From: the human T2T-CHM13v2.0 reference genome, Homo sapiens
Assembly (NCBI RefSeq): GCF_009914755.1
Contig: NC_060925.1
Length of the DNA: 64,000 bases
Strand: one strand, 5' to 3'
Part shown: piece after piece, positions 26,200-43,974 of the stretch
Layout of the letters: the number at the start of each line of letters is the position of its first letter
How positions within the stretch are numbered: the stretch's first letter is position 1
Notes under the pieces: model-generated
Seen by the model: the letters and a program-made list of their open reading frames with translations, nothing else
What the model was told of the DNA's origin: nothing
Databases searched by the model: none
Position numbers and translations under genes: made by a program

Positions 26200-26965
26200 A
26201 CTTTTGTCTCCATTACTCCATCTCCTCTTGGATGTCTCAGATTCCTCAGCATCAAAACATCTAAACTGAATCTCATGGCTCCCACTGAACCCATGACTTG
26301 CCTTTATCTATTGTTCCCTATTTCAGTGAATAGCACCTCTATGTCCAATCCATCATTCAATCTCTGTTTTACCTACTAAATAGTTTTTAAATACATATAC
26401 TCTTCTATTCTCCAACCACCTTAGTCCAAGAAACCACTGTCTTCTTCCTTGATTATTGTAAGAGCTTCGTACTTGTTCTGTCTACTTCTGGCCATTCTGT
26501 AAGTCTTCTCTAAGTGTAGCTCTCATCAATCACTTCCTTGATATTCCCACTGCCACGGTCCCATTGTGTCACTTTGTCTGGGCCATTGGAGTAGCCAACA
26601 CTCCAGTTACCTTAGTCTCTGCCATCTTCTATCTACACTATATTTTTATACCAGCTTAATCTCCATAAAGCGTACATGTCTCCCAACTGCTTTGCTGCTT
26701 ACTGAATTTAATCCAAACTTCTTAGTTTAGTGTTCTCTTGACCAGTAATACCTTCTCCCTATACCTATGCCTACCCCAATCCTACCCAACATGCAAGACT
26801 CCTGTGGCTTTTCCTGACCTCTATTCAGCCTGATAGGCTATTCTGCCATTAGAACTCACAACACAGACTTAACTTTCTTGTGAGCAGTGTCTTATCACAT
26901 TTATATCAGCAGACACACCTTGCACTGCCCCTTTCATATAGTGAATCCTCAATGCACTTAATGAA
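26200..26965 (+). mobile_element. L2 fragments
   Basis: cttggatgtctc..catctaaactgaatctc..atttcagtgaatagcacc..ccaccttagtccaag. Confidence 0.55.
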
Positions 26966-27399
26966 TTTTAGTACATTTTAATTTTATTTGAATAGGTTTT
27001 TAGACTTTGAGTTTCAGGAAAAGGCTAAATTACTGAATTCATTTTAGTATTGTGGAAATCAAATGGAAACCACCCCACATATGAAAACATAGCTGTACTC
27101 TATTTGTTTTATTTCAAAGTGATCCAGGTCCTTTTACCACCAGAGAGGAAGAAAGAGGATTAAGCTGAAATTAATGTTTTGATGAAGATGAGGTGGATGG
27201 TAAATTGACCCGAGGGAAGCAAAAAAAAATCAACTTGCCACATGTTAGCAACCGAGACCTCATGATTGATGTTCAGTGACTTGGAAATTCTCTCCAGGGC
27301 AAACTGCATTTTCACTGCTTACTTACATACATTTTGAGGCATAGATTAATTTCAAAACAAGAATTTAAAGCTAGGAGGAACCTCAGACATCAGCATAGT

Positions 27400-27640
27400 T
27401 TGTGGTTTTCAAACTTTTCTCTCCTTTTCTGTTTTTAAACATTAGAACACTTTATTCAATCAAAATCTTCCATGAAATCCCATTGTATAAAATAAATAAA
27501 ACCAGAGCTGTCTTGGTTAAAGCAGGGTGCGAGCCCAGGATCCAGCCCTCTTGCCTTGGGGCTCTCTAGCTTCCATGGTGGCCCCTGAAGCATAACAAGA
27601 GAATCTCTAGAAGGCTGGTGATCTCAGTTTGAAAACCAAG
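27400..27640. mobile_element. hAT-Charlie MITE (MER112-like) nested in a MIR (27360-27765)
   Basis: TIRs gtggttttcaaac / gtttgaaaacca; MIR sequence on both sides. Confidence 0.65.
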
Positions 27641-27818
27641 GATCTGGTCTTCCCTCTCATTTCTTACAAGTGGAAACAGGTTCAGAGAAGCGACATGATG
27701 TGCCCAGTGGTAGAGTCAGGACTAGGACTCAGGTTTCCTGCCATGCAATGCAGTATTCTCCTCCAATTCCTCTTTGCTATTTTCTTTGGTGGCATGTCCC
27801 TCCTGTTTCTTCTTCCTC

Positions 27819-28175
<357 letters not shown>

Positions 28176-28353
28176 TGATCCAAAAGGCCTTCTGAACTTC
28201 TATCAATATTTTGATAGCTTCTATTCTCAACTCTTTAGTAACTATTACCAAATGACCATTTTTTTTTTGCCATAACTCTATCTCTTAAGATACTACCATA
28301 TTTCCCTATAAAAATGCATTAACAAGTTGGTAACATGTTGACCATGGTAACAT

Positions 28354-28450
28354 CTTGAGCCCAGGAGATGGAGTTTACAGTGAGGTGTGATTGTCCACTG
28401 CACTTCAGCCTGGTGACAGAGAAAGACCCTGTCCCAAAAAATAAATATAA
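28354..28450 (+). mobile_element. Alu right-arm fragment (AluJ/FRAM)
   Basis: cttgagcccaggag..actgcacttcagcctggtgacagag..A-rich tail. Confidence 0.8.
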
Positions 28451-28469
28451 AAAATTCCAACATCTTATC

Positions 28470-29952
28470 TCACCATTCAGAGAAAACCTCTTTTAAACAT
28501 CTGTCTTTCAATGAAAATGCATGAATTATATATATGATATATATATGAATTATATTATATACATAAATAGAATTATGCTATTTGTGCCATTCTACAATTT
28601 GATTCTTTCAGTCAAGAAAACTCTTGGTGCTCTTTCCACCAAATATAGATTTATTACTCTCTTTTATAGTTACACAGTGTACTTTTGTATGAATTTATTG
28701 TAATTTATTTAACCAGCATCCTATAAGTTTAGTTTCTAGTTTGTAACTATTTTTTAATGCTGTAATAAACATCACTATGCACATATAATTGCATCCAATA
28801 ATCACCTCAGGATAAATTCATAGAAAAGAAAATGCTGGGTCAACAGATATCTTCATTTTAAATTAAAATATCTCTAATATTTATTGTAAACAAAACCTTT
28901 AAACAAAACAAGACAGAACACAGACAAGTATCAAAGTCTCCTCCAACCCCCTAGCTGTTATGCCAGTCTCCAAAAGAAACCTGGTATAGACTTCAGACCT
29001 TTAGTTCAATATAAAACTGTAAACATAGATACTTTTAAAAAAGATAGTAGATTACAGAGTACATACTTAACTATAACTTATTTTTAAACCAAATAATGGA
29101 TTCTGACCAAATTTCCACATCAGGACATATTGTACTAGCTCTTTTCTTTTTTGGACTGCAGAGTATTTCATGCACAGATGAAAGGAAGCAAAATGTGGTG
29201 GCTAAGAGCATGGACCCTGGAGCCTGCTCCCTGCCACCAGGCATATGACCTTAAGTGTAAGTCGCTCTGTGCCCTACTCTCTACATTTTTAAACTTCGAT
29301 GATAAATACCTACTTCATAACATTATTGGAAGAATTAAATGACTAAATATATTGGAAATGCTTAGTACAATAAGCACTCAACCAATGTTAACTATTATTA
29401 ATATGTGTCATAATTTTTTAGCTAGTCCCCATTTGATGGGCATTTATTTTCAGTTTTTCAGCGATAATGATGCAAGTCATATTTCATATATGTCCATTTG
29501 TGAAAGCATTTCTTTAGGGTATATTACTAAAAATTAAAAATGGATTTACTGGGTCAAAATAAAGACACATTTTGTTTCATTTAAATTTTTTAATTTTTTT
29601 ATTTCAATAGCTCTGGGGGGAGGTACAAGTGTTTTTTGGTCACATGGATTGTATAGTGTGAAGTTGGGGATTTTAATGCACCCATCTCCCATGTAGTATA
29701 CACTGTACCAGTACGTAGTTTTTCATTCCTCACTCCCCTCCCACTCTCCCCCTCTCTGAGTCTCCAATGTCCATTATACCACTTTGTATGTCCTTGCATA
29801 CTCATAACTTAGCTCTCACTTACAAGTGAGAATATGCAGCACTTGGTTTTTCATTCCTGAGTTAGTTCACTTAGAATAATCACCCCCCAGTTACATCCAA
29901 GTTGCTGCAAATAACATTTCATTCTTTTTTTTTAATGGCTGGATAGTATTTT

Positions 29953-30004
<52 letters not shown>

Positions 30005-31520
30005 ATTTTCTTTATCCACTCGTCAGATGATGGCCACTTAGGCTGGTTCTATATCTTTGCGGTTGTGAATTATGCTATGATAAACATACACATGCAAGTG
30101 TCTTTTTGATACAGTAACTTCTCCTTTGGGTAGATGTAGACACCCAGTAGTGGAATTGCTGGATTGAATGGTAGATATACTTTTGTTTGAGAGATCTCCA
30201 TACTGTTTTCCATAGAGGCTGTACTAATTTACATTCCAACCAGCAGTGTATAAGTGTTTCCTTTTTACCACATCCATGCCAACATCAATTGTCTTTTGAC
30301 TTTTTAATAATGGCCATTCTGGCTGGGGTAAGGTGGTATCTCATTGTGGTTTTAATTTGCACTTCCTTGATGATTAGTGATGTTGAACATTTTTTCATGT
30401 TTTTTGGCCATTTGTATATCTTCTTTTGAGAAATGAAGATAGATATATTTTGAATTTTGATGTTTTCACATCCACCCCTCCTCCAAAAGGCTGTGCCAGT
30501 TAATATTCCAGCCAATGGTGTATAAAAATATCCATTTCCTCACATCTGGTCATAGTGGATATTATTAGTCTAATATACAAGTTCACACACATGTGTAATT
30601 TTAATGTGCATTTCTTTGGTTATTACTGAAGTTTAGTAACATGTTTTATTTAGCATTTGTCTTTCATTATCTGAGAACTACTAATACTCTCCTTGACACT
30701 TTTCTATTAGGGTGTTTATTTTTTTAAACAGATTTTTAATGGCTCTCTGAGTATTATGGCTATTAACTTTTATTCATATATATTGCCAATACTTTTCTCA
30801 ATTTATCATCTGTTTTTCAATTTTGTTCATTATTTTGCCATGAAGAAGTGTGTCATTGCTATGAGTCTTTTATAGTTTCAGGTTTTATGCCAAATGTCTT
30901 TTTTTTTTCTTTTAACTTCAATCTTCCCAAATTGTCATCTATTTTGTACTCTGGGGCTTTGAGATTTGACCTATCTAAAATTTCTATTTTGTGGGGAAGG
31001 GTAGATGAGAAGCCAGTTGTCCTAAAATTATTTGTTCAGAAGTCTGGTTTGTAATGCCGCCTTTATCATAAACTAACTTCTCAGGTCGGTTTCACTCTTT
31101 CTTCGCTCTCTTCTATTCACCTGACCTGCCAGTGGACTTTTACCACAGGCTTCTGTTGTCTAATTTTTATATTAAATTTAAATCTTAATATTTGAAGGGC
31201 ATTTTCCCTCTGATTACTTTTGTTTTCTTTGGTTATTGTTTAGAATTTTCCTGGCTATTTGCAACTGCCTGTTCTTCAAATGAAATTTACAATCATTTTG
31301 TCAAGTTACCTCTCATAAAATTGTTCCAAAGTTTTTTTGCCTAAGATTTTATTATATCACTGTATAATTTAAGGAGAATTTAGAACTTTAAATATTGAGA
31401 TTTCTATCCAAGATCTGTTTCTCTATTTCAGCTTTGTTATATATCCCTCAGAATAATTTTATAAATGTATTCATATAAGACTGCACATTTTCTGGTAGGT
31501 TTATGACCAGATGTTTTTTA
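28470..31520 (-). mobile_element. Fragmented old L1ME/L1M, interrupted by MIR (29190-29400) and L1PB2
   Basis: Degraded antisense L1 3'UTR/ORF2 motifs (atgctgtaataaacatc..gataaattcatagaa..gctgggtca; attttcctggctatt..tgttcttcaaatgaaattta). Confidence 0.55.
29577..30432 (-). mobile_element. L1PB2-like 3' end containing (TA)n at 29956-30000
   Basis: tttcaatagctctggggg..tacaagtg..ctgagtctccaatgtccattataccact; ORF 30285-30515 carries the ORF2 C-terminal motif [12 protein letters not shown]. Confidence 0.88.
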
Positions 31521-33369
31521 GTAGATACCCTACGTTCATTTAATGGTTGATTTGGAGTGCAGTCCCACAAGTTGAGTCTAAAGTGTGAAAATAAATTTTT
31601 TAAAATTTTTATCAATCATTGTCACCAAAGACCTCTTCTTTTGCCACTTTCTACTATGAAACACACTTTTTCCAAGTGGCTCAATGCAAGCTGTACCTCA
31701 GAATCCTGTCATTTCTAAATAACATCTTATCTATATGCTATTTCCATGAAAAGCTAGTTTGGCCAAGATTTTGCTGTAAAGTATCCAACGAGTTAGGCTT
31801 TCATTATTTTTCTGGTCTTACTTAATGAAGAAACACATCTGGGAAATCAATGAGTATTTGAACTCACTGGGCTTCATAAACACTCTAAATTCAGTCAACC
31901 AACCATTATGCTTAATTCACATTCAACCAACCAACAATTATTGAGACTTAGTATGTTCAGAATTCTAGAACTAGAAACATTTCTCTACTCTGGAGTGACT
32001 TATTGTGTAATAGGAAAAACAGGTATAAAACAAATAATTGAAATATATGTTATAAAACAATCTGAGAAAGTCAGTAAGAACTCACAATCAAATGGCAATT
32101 AAATAACTGGTGAATGTATATAAGTGTCTAATTAAGTAGCATTTATTTGTAATGAACAGCACACTCAGACAGACACATGCCCAGCTAAAGCAGTTTCTAC
32201 AGGATGTGATGTGAACTCTTTTTCCCACTCTACATATGAAAATGTTGTCTTTAATAATCATTAGATCTATCCTATCCATAGGTTTAACTCTAGCAATAAC
32301 TTTTTGAATTTAAAAACCCAAGTGATTAATATTTTGTGAGAATGATTGAGTCCGTGGCATGGAATAATAACTACATCCTTTTCATTACATAGATATGTAT
32401 GTATATTATAATAACATAGATTATACTACAAAACATACACGCACGCCACACACACACACACATACATACATGTGTGCTTCTTGGGGTCCTAGAATTTCTA
32501 GCTTCTCCTCACTGAGAAACTGGTGAGGAGAATGCTCCTTCTGTCACTGTCCAAATTGTGCTGATTCTTCTTTGTGTATGCCACCCTGTTCTCTTCTTCT
32601 GCTGGTCTTTGCTAGGACAGTGTATTGACATAGAAGTTCATTATTTCTCTGCACAGACAACTCTTATCCTTTGCTCTTGCTTTTATTCAAAGCTCCCTCT
32701 CTAGTGTTACTGAAGGGTTTTATTTTTTAATTCTTTCACTAGGGGAGTCAAAACTATTACTTCCTGCTTAACCTATAACTCTGATGATGGCTTTGCCATG
32801 TTGTCATGGTTTTTTGTTTGTTTGTTTGGCCTATATTCTGAGAATTCTGTGTATCTTGGCTCTGCCCCATGTGAGAATGAGCGAGATTTATTATTTCATG
32901 GGGACAAAGCTCTTCATTAGGATACAAACTATAAAACTGGGTTTTTTCAATTGAACAAAATTGTGGATGTGATAACACACCCATGAAATTTCACTAAATC
33001 ATAACTCTGTCTTCCTCATCTCAGCATTTAATAAATTAAATTATTCAATTGATTTTGAGAATTTGACTAAAGCTATGGACTCTCCCTACCTCCTTACAAT
33101 ATGTATGTTTTGTAAAAGTTTGCATATTTTTGTAGGGGATTGATTGTTTTGCTGAACACTTGGTGCTCTATTGATTTCAGGAAAGAATCCTTTGTTTAAC
33201 TACTTCATGCCCAATATAGGACACATGCTATTTGAAAATGAGAAAAAATAAATATAGTAACAGTGTTTTAACAAAATTAGAATGTTCCTTCAAATGAATG
33301 TTATTTTCTTACTTACCGTTTCTTTTTTTATTACAGCTTGAATGTTAAATGTTTCATGGGTGTATAGTA

Positions 33370-33820
33370 CTTCCTCTGTTTACTCATTCTCTTTGACCCT
33401 CTTCAGCCCATTGCGAGCACACTTCTGTTTCCAGCACTCTACCAAAATTGTGGTTCTAGTGGTTACTTTTCTAGCCATATCCTGCTGCATTTCTTAGAAA
33501 TAAATGTAACTAACTTCTCCCTCCATCTTAGAACACATTCTCCTCTTGGCTTCCATAACATTACATTTTCCTGGTTTTTCCCATTCTACTTACTTAGTCC
33601 CCTTTGACTAGTTTGCCCTTCCTCTCTCTTACCTCTAAATGTTGAAATGACATAGATCTTCTCCTCTTTTCTGTCCTCATACATCCTCTCTAGCTGAACT
33701 CATCTAGGAGTTCAGCTCCTAGATGAGTTCATCTCATTTAAATACCATCAATATGCCATATTTATGTGACTACCATAGTTATGTCTCCAACTCTGAACTC
33801 CAAACTTGGATATCCAACTA
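33370..33820 (+). mobile_element. L2 fragment (continues at ~38790-38960)
   Basis: ctcttggcttccataaca..ttcctggtttttc..tttaaatacca..ctgaactccaaacttggatatccaact. Confidence 0.7.
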
Positions 33821-34183
33821 CCCTACTGGGGGGTGCCTCCCAGTTAGGCTACTTGGCGGTCAGGGACCCACTTGAGGAGGCAATCTGCCTAACTGGGAGG
33901 CACCCCCCAGTAGGGGCAGACTGACACCTCACACGGCCTGGTACCCCTCTGAGACAAAACTTCCAGAGGAACGATCAGGCAGCAACATTTGCTGTTCTGC
34001 AGCCTCTGCTGCTGATACCCAGGCAAACAGGGTCTGGAGTGGACCTCCAGCAAACTCCAACAGACCTTCAGCTGAGGGTCCTGACTCTTAGAAGGAAAAC
34101 TAACAAACAGAAAGGACATCCACACCAAAAACCCATCTGTACATCACCATCATCAAAGACCAAAGGTAGATAAAACCATAAAG

Positions 34184-34730
34184 ATGGGGAAAAAACAGAG
34201 CAGAAAAACTGCAAATTCTAAAAATCAGAGCACCTCTCCTCCTCCAAAGGAACACAGCTCCTCACCAGCAATGGAACAAAGCTGGATGGAGAATGACTTT
34301 GACAAGTTGGGAGAAGAAGGCTTCAGATGATCAAACTTCTGCGAGCTAAAGGAGGAAGTTCGAACCCATGGCAAAGAAATTAAAAACCTTAAAAAAGATT
34401 AGGCAAATGGATAACTAGAATAACCAATGCAGAGAAGTCCTTAAAAGACTTGATGGAGCTGAAAACCATGGCACGAGAACTATGTGATGAATGCACAAGC
34501 TTCAGTAGCCAATTCGATCAAATGGAAGAAAGGGTATCAGTGATGGAAGATCAAATGAATGAAATGAAGCGAGAAGAGAAGTTTAGAGAAAAAGGAATAG
34601 AAAGAAACAAACAAAGCCTCCAAGAAATATGGGACTATGTGAAAAGACCAAATCTACATCTGACTGGTGTACCTGAAAGTGACGGGGAGAATGGAACCAA
34701 GTTGGAAAACACTCTGCAAGATATTATCCA
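34184..34730 (+). pseudogene. L1 ORF1p remnant (N-terminal half)
   Basis: MGKKQSRK..ELKTMARELCDEC..QSLQEIWDYVKRPNL..LENTLQDII; stops and a frameshift, truncated by deletion. Confidence 0.9.
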
Positions 34731-38487
<3,757 letters not shown>

Positions 38488-38699
38488 ACAATGAGAACAC
38501 TTGGATACAGGAAGGGGAACATAACACACCGGGGCCTGTTTTGGGGTGGGGAGAGTGGGGAGGGATAGCATTAGGAGATATACCTAATGCTACATGACGA
38601 GTTAATGGGTGCAGCACACCAACATGACACATGTATACATATGTAACAAACCTGCACGTTGTGCACATGTACCCTAAAACTTAAAGTATAAAAAAAAAT

Positions 38700-38787
38700 A
38701 AGTAAAAAACATTGTTAGCTATTGGGGCCATACAGGCGTATGCCAAATCCAAATTTAGCTCTTGGGACTATAGTTTGCCAATCAGTG
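38700..38787 (+). mobile_element. 3' end of a MER58B-like hAT element
   Basis: gtaaaaaacattgttagct..gggccatac..atagtttgcca resembles the MER58B terminus; its 5' part is absent. Confidence 0.55.
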
Positions 38788-39278
38788 CTCCACTCCAAAA
38801 TGTGTTCCCAAACCTAACTGTTGCTGTCCTCAACTACTAAATTACTTAGAAGGATCTCTGTCTCCTTCCTCCTCTACCATGTTAGTCTACTCTTTGGTTT
38901 TCCTGCTCTTGCCCCTACCTCCAACCCATAGCTCCACAGAGCAGCTAAGTGTTCTTTTAAATAAGACGTGCCATGTCTCATGTCAAGGAAAACTTCCTAG
39001 AAGAACCTATAAAAAATAATGTAGTACGATGTTTTTGTTATACTTCAAGAATTGAGACTTTTTCATGGAGAGAAAAGAGAGAGAAGGGGTGGTATTTCTA
39101 GAAAGGCAGGATAGCTCTGACCACTTCTAGTTTTATTTTAATGAATGCTGTTACTTGTTAACATTGGTAGTTAAAAATAAGAAAAGAATCTGCGATTTAT
39201 CATTGTATATAATCATTAGGGTTTTCATATTGAGATATTATTCTGGATTATAACTCAGTATTTAAGCTTAGAGCAAGT

Positions 39279-39369
39279 GAGGAAAGGAGGAGAAGGAGGA
39301 GGAAAAGGAAAGGAAAAGGAGGGGAAGAAGAAGGGGGTAGAGAAGAGGACAGAGGGAGGAAGAGGAGAA
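39279..39369. repeat. Polypurine (GA-rich) low-complexity tract
   Basis: ~90 nt almost entirely A/G. Confidence 0.85.
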
Positions 39370-39979
39370 TACATACTCTGTTAACTAAAGTGGAATGAAA
39401 CTCAATATTTACATTTACATTGTTTATCTCTCTTTGTGTTGCTCTGGTTCTTCATTGGTCTTGTCTTGCCTGTGCTAAACTTTTTCTATGACATTAAAGA
39501 GGTCTGGTGTGAAAATTGCCACTACCCTACTTCCTTGCTATTCCTTTCTGTCAGCTTCTTGAGGATATCTGGATGTGAAGCAACTTTTCTTACCCTTGGA
39601 ACCTTTGTCTACAGTTCTCCCTTCCTCTTCCTCTTCCTCTATCTCACTCATTCTCTCCTGTTTTATTAAGGGCCGAACATTATTGTATCGTTTCGCCAAT
39701 ATTTCTAATTCTTCTACAGCTCTTTAGTTTGCGCCACACAACTCAGCATTTTACCAACCCAGTTTCTTAAAGGAAGCAGATAATTTGCAGCGAAATTAAA
39801 CATAGGTTCAATTACATATGTCAGTATGAATTAGATGCATGTTGCTGAGATATTTTCAAGAGTTCCTTATTAAAATAGTACTTCTTCCCCCTGAAAAGAT
39901 GAAAATGCTTTTGTATCTATTGCCTCTTTGTTCTCATAAAGTTAGGTTTATTTTTTTTTCTTTTTTGAACTTAAGGATT

Positions 39980-40125
39980 GAGGTTAGTATTATTATCCCT
40001 GCTTTACATATGGTGAAACTGAAGCAGAGAGCAGGAAAACAATCTCCCCAAGGACACCCAGTGTATGTTCCAGCCGTGCCTGGGCCTCCCAGGTTCTGAG
40101 GGCCAGATCTGCACTTTTCTGCTGG
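39980..40125 (-). mobile_element. MIR
   Basis: tattattatccctgctttacatatggtgaaactgaagcagagag..cccaaggacac. Confidence 0.65.
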
Positions 40126-42485
40126 TCTTACTGAGGGCAGTTAGAAGCTAAAGCAATTTCTAAGCTCTGATCCAAATTATTTGTAAGTCAAGGCCATTTG
40201 TTTGTACCTATTTTGAATACTTCAACCCTTTCGAGAGAATTCCAAATACACTTTTTCTAAATCAATATCTCTAAAACTTGGGTAATGTACAAATATCTTT
40301 TAAAGGATGAGTCCTCTTGGATTCTGAATGGACACAAATTGTTTTACTCACAATGTTACTTAAGTATTTACAAACAGAAAATTCTTTTATTTTACATATC
40401 CACAAACATATACATACATTATGCTTATTGTTCTACATCAAAAAAGCCAACCAAAATTACAGGTTAAATTTAAGTAGAACCATATTACTGAGAAACTTTA
40501 GCTGATCAACAACATTAATGTGAGAGATTATATTCTTTTAGGAAACATAATTAGCTGATCAAAAGCAATGTGTTCAGGCATGGGTTCTTTGGAGACTGGC
40601 GTTCTCAGGCTCCCCTGTACTGGGTGACCCCACCAGTCTGCTGCCACTTTCATTCTGTTGGAATGAAACTTCCATCCACTCAAGGCATTGTGATGTCACT
40701 GGAGGAAAGTACATAACTGATGTATTGATGTCTGCCTCTGCCCTTTTTTTCATTACCATACTATAAATACATTACTACCACTTGGTGCAAACACAAGCAC
40801 TAAAATTGAATGGTGGTGTCCAATTATAAAGTCATGCCCCAGACAGTTCAGCAAATCTCTTTTACTAATTTTTATTAGATACCAACACAAGATTTCTTTT
40901 TAATTCTCACAAGAACTCACAGACTCTGGGGGTCAGAGGACTACAGTTGGAGAAATACTGCCCTACACTTCCTGGTTTAAGGCTGGGAGAAGCTGTCAAG
41001 AGTTTTCATGTCCAACCTTGGATTAAGCAGCTACCCACTGGGATGACTTAAGGGCAACCTAAGCCAAGAACCTCACCCCTACTAATTTGCTAGTGTACAT
41101 GAATAATTCATTCCTTGTAAATGGAAGGACTGAACGACTCAACTTAAATTCAAATATATTACCCAGGAAGAATAATTAATAAGAGTTTATTCTGTAGCAG
41201 GCATTAATTTATTCTAATTATGCATGAAACAAAGCCTAGGGGAATGAGACATGGGATAGGTGAGTTTTGTTATCTTCGTAAGTCAGCATGTATTAAGTAC
41301 CTGCTAGTATCAGAGATCGGCAGAGGTAAGCATGCAGTCCCATTCATGGTACCTGAAATCCAGTTGGTAATACAGAACAAATGGAACGAGAGGGGAAGCT
41401 TTGTTGGGATATAAGAGGGAGAAACCTAGAAACTAGGCAGCAGCAATAGCAGCTGACCCAGGCCATCTCTGTTTGAAGCTAACAGAAAAACAAAGCTGCC
41501 TGAATGGAAGACTTCAGGATAAGAAAAAAAAAAAACACCCTTTCCCACTTTACAGTTTTCTAGCCAGTCTTGAGACCCTTGCTCAGTTTTTAATGTGGAA
41601 GAACATTCTGCCACAAAAGGCAAATGATTCTCTAATTGCGGAATTTTCAATTTTCAGTTTCTTCCAGAACTTGCCTTTTTCCCCAAGTACTTTCCTTGAC
41701 CTCTTCTGCACAATCCACTGTGAGTGCAAGGGGAAGAAATAAGTACCCCCTCTCAGCCTGTAGTCACATCTTCCCTCTCTCTATATGGCTATGGACGCAG
41801 TCCCAGAATTCTGGATTTCTTGCATGTCTGCCTTTAATAAGAAAGCAGAGTTTAAATAGGCTCTCACTATTGTTTCGCTGCTTCACACCCTCCTGGTTTG
41901 CTATTGTTCATGTTCAATGTGTGTTTCTCTACTAGGTACATAATTAACTTTCTATTTTTCCCTCACAGTTCAAAAGCTTACAAGTATAAAAGCTTGCTGT
42001 TGTAAATACATTGAAGAGAGAACACCATACTGTGTTTATGGGTGGGAAGATGGCTAGAAAATTTTTTCCAAGGAAAAGGAAATAAACATGTATCCGAAGT
42101 CCCTGAATACACGGTCATCTGCATGGTCTCAAATCTCCATACCCTCTCTGAGGCATGAATTATCACCTCCATACAGGGAGAAGAGAAATCGAGGAACTTA
42201 CAGAAGGTTCACATAGCTAGTGTCAGAGCTCCTATGTGAACCTCTATGTTAACTCCAAACCATTTGTCATTTCCTCTTGCTGCACTACCCCTCATGGGAT
42301 TCCTCTTCCATGGTCTTTGTCTCCAGAAGCTGAGGATAGATGGGGCCACCTGAGCATGCAGTGAACACAGAGAGCACTTCTGGGTTGGGCAGCTTTAATT
42401 TCTCTCTAATGATACCTTCTCAGTTCATTCTCTGGGTTCTTGGTTATCTCTCTCCCCTCCGCTTCTTCTTTTCTCCAGCCCTGTC

Positions 42486-42520
42486 TTTTTTTTTCTTTTT
42501 TTTTTTTTTTTTTTTTTTTT
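42486..42520. repeat. Poly-T tract
   Basis: ~35 nt T-rich run. Confidence 0.9.
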
Positions 42521-43938
42521 GTAGTGGGCAGGCTAGGAGGCATGATTAGGATTGATGGAGGAGGGGAACTATTCCAGTTCATTTATTTTTTCCCTGTCCA
42601 AAGCCCAGTTTCGGCATGGAGATGTGTTGGAGCCAGTAGTGGTGCACAGACCACCAGCTGTGCTTGCAGTGATCCAGCCAAATATCATCTTAAATACAGG
42701 GCTGAGTCTCAGAAGGCACATGGAAGGGGCCCCCTTTTCCCTATTCTATCCCAGACTCCTGTACTCCTTGGAACACAGGGAGAAGGGCTCTTAACTAAAG
42801 TACAAAGGGCATGGTGCCCAGCTCTGCTTTTCAAAGAAACTATGTTCCTCTCAGAATACACCTCACAGAATCACGTTACTGTCAGTGGAGGAAAAAACCA
42901 AAACCTACAACAGTTCAACAGTCAATGCAAAGGGCTTCAGAAACCTTCATTAATTTGGTTATTTGGCTGAATGCTCAGGCCCTTTGCTTTTCTCCTTAGT
43001 GCTGCCTCTTTTTGAGTGTTTCTTTGCCTCTTTTTGAGAGAGAGGGGAACATTCAGCTTTGATTTTTGTTTGCAGCTTGGTGACAAATGATGGGGGGAAA
43101 TTTAAACCATTCATCTACTGAGTTCTGGGAATTGTCAGAGGATTTTATTTGTACAGTGATTTTCTGACCTCCATTTTCTCAGAGAAGTAAAAATCATGCT
43201 GCATTTGTAAACAAGGTACTTTTATTAAGTTGAACTTTTACAAACATATGGTATATTTAGCCAAAATAACACTGTTATTTAAGGCAAGTACATCCAAAGG
43301 GCTAGCATGTAGAATTATGTTTGATTAATGTGCACTCAAAAGCTGTTACACAGTAAGCATAATTTCAGTTTGTGGAGTGTCTTAAATTTACTTTGTAATT
43401 TAATGTGAAGCCACATAAGTCAGAGTTGAAAGACATTTGTCTTTGCATTTTAATAATAGAAATCCATAGCATGTTACATGGACTTTCAAGTAAAGCAATC
43501 ACTATTCTAAACTTGAAAGTTTCTTTTTTTAAAAAATATAAATTGCAATGCCTTGGAGCACAAAAAGAAATAGGAAAATTCAACCATTAAGCATTTGAAA
43601 TGGGCTAATTTGAAGTGCTTGAAGCGTGTTTTGCCATGCTGAGTAAATTTTTCCCTTCCTAGTAACTGAAAAAGTATAAAACACTAAGTATCTGTACTTA
43701 GCTCACTAGTAAAGAAAATTTAACCCATGAATAGTAGTACTGCTATTATAGAGGTAGTTTGTAAAAGTTTATGAACATGCAAACCACCAGGATTTTTTTT
43801 TCTGTTCTACTATTTTCTGTTGCCTTATTTAGTTTCTTGCAAAGTTGCTCAAATGCCATCTCTCTCACTCACACCTTGAATTCTCAATTTAAAATTTTTC
43901 ATGCATGGTATTTATCATATATATGTATATATACATAG

Positions 43939-43939
<1 letters not shown>

Positions 43940-43973
<34 letters not shown>
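43940..43973. repeat. (TG)n microsatellite
   Basis: Pure TG run. Confidence 0.92.

Positions 43974-43974
<1 letters not shown>

Noticed and set aside
33305-33340. Strong minus-strand donor CG|GTAAGT (similar donors at ~15560, ~51650, ~55515)
   Set aside because: Isolated splice motifs are expected by chance in 64 kb and no matching exon was found.
40574-40759. 61-aa minus-strand ATG ORF in unique DNA
   Set aside because: Short, unrecognised and without convincing splice context.
42440-42970. 176-aa ORF
   Set aside because: It has a non-ATG start, reads through a poly-T tract (poly-Phe) and has no recognisable domain.
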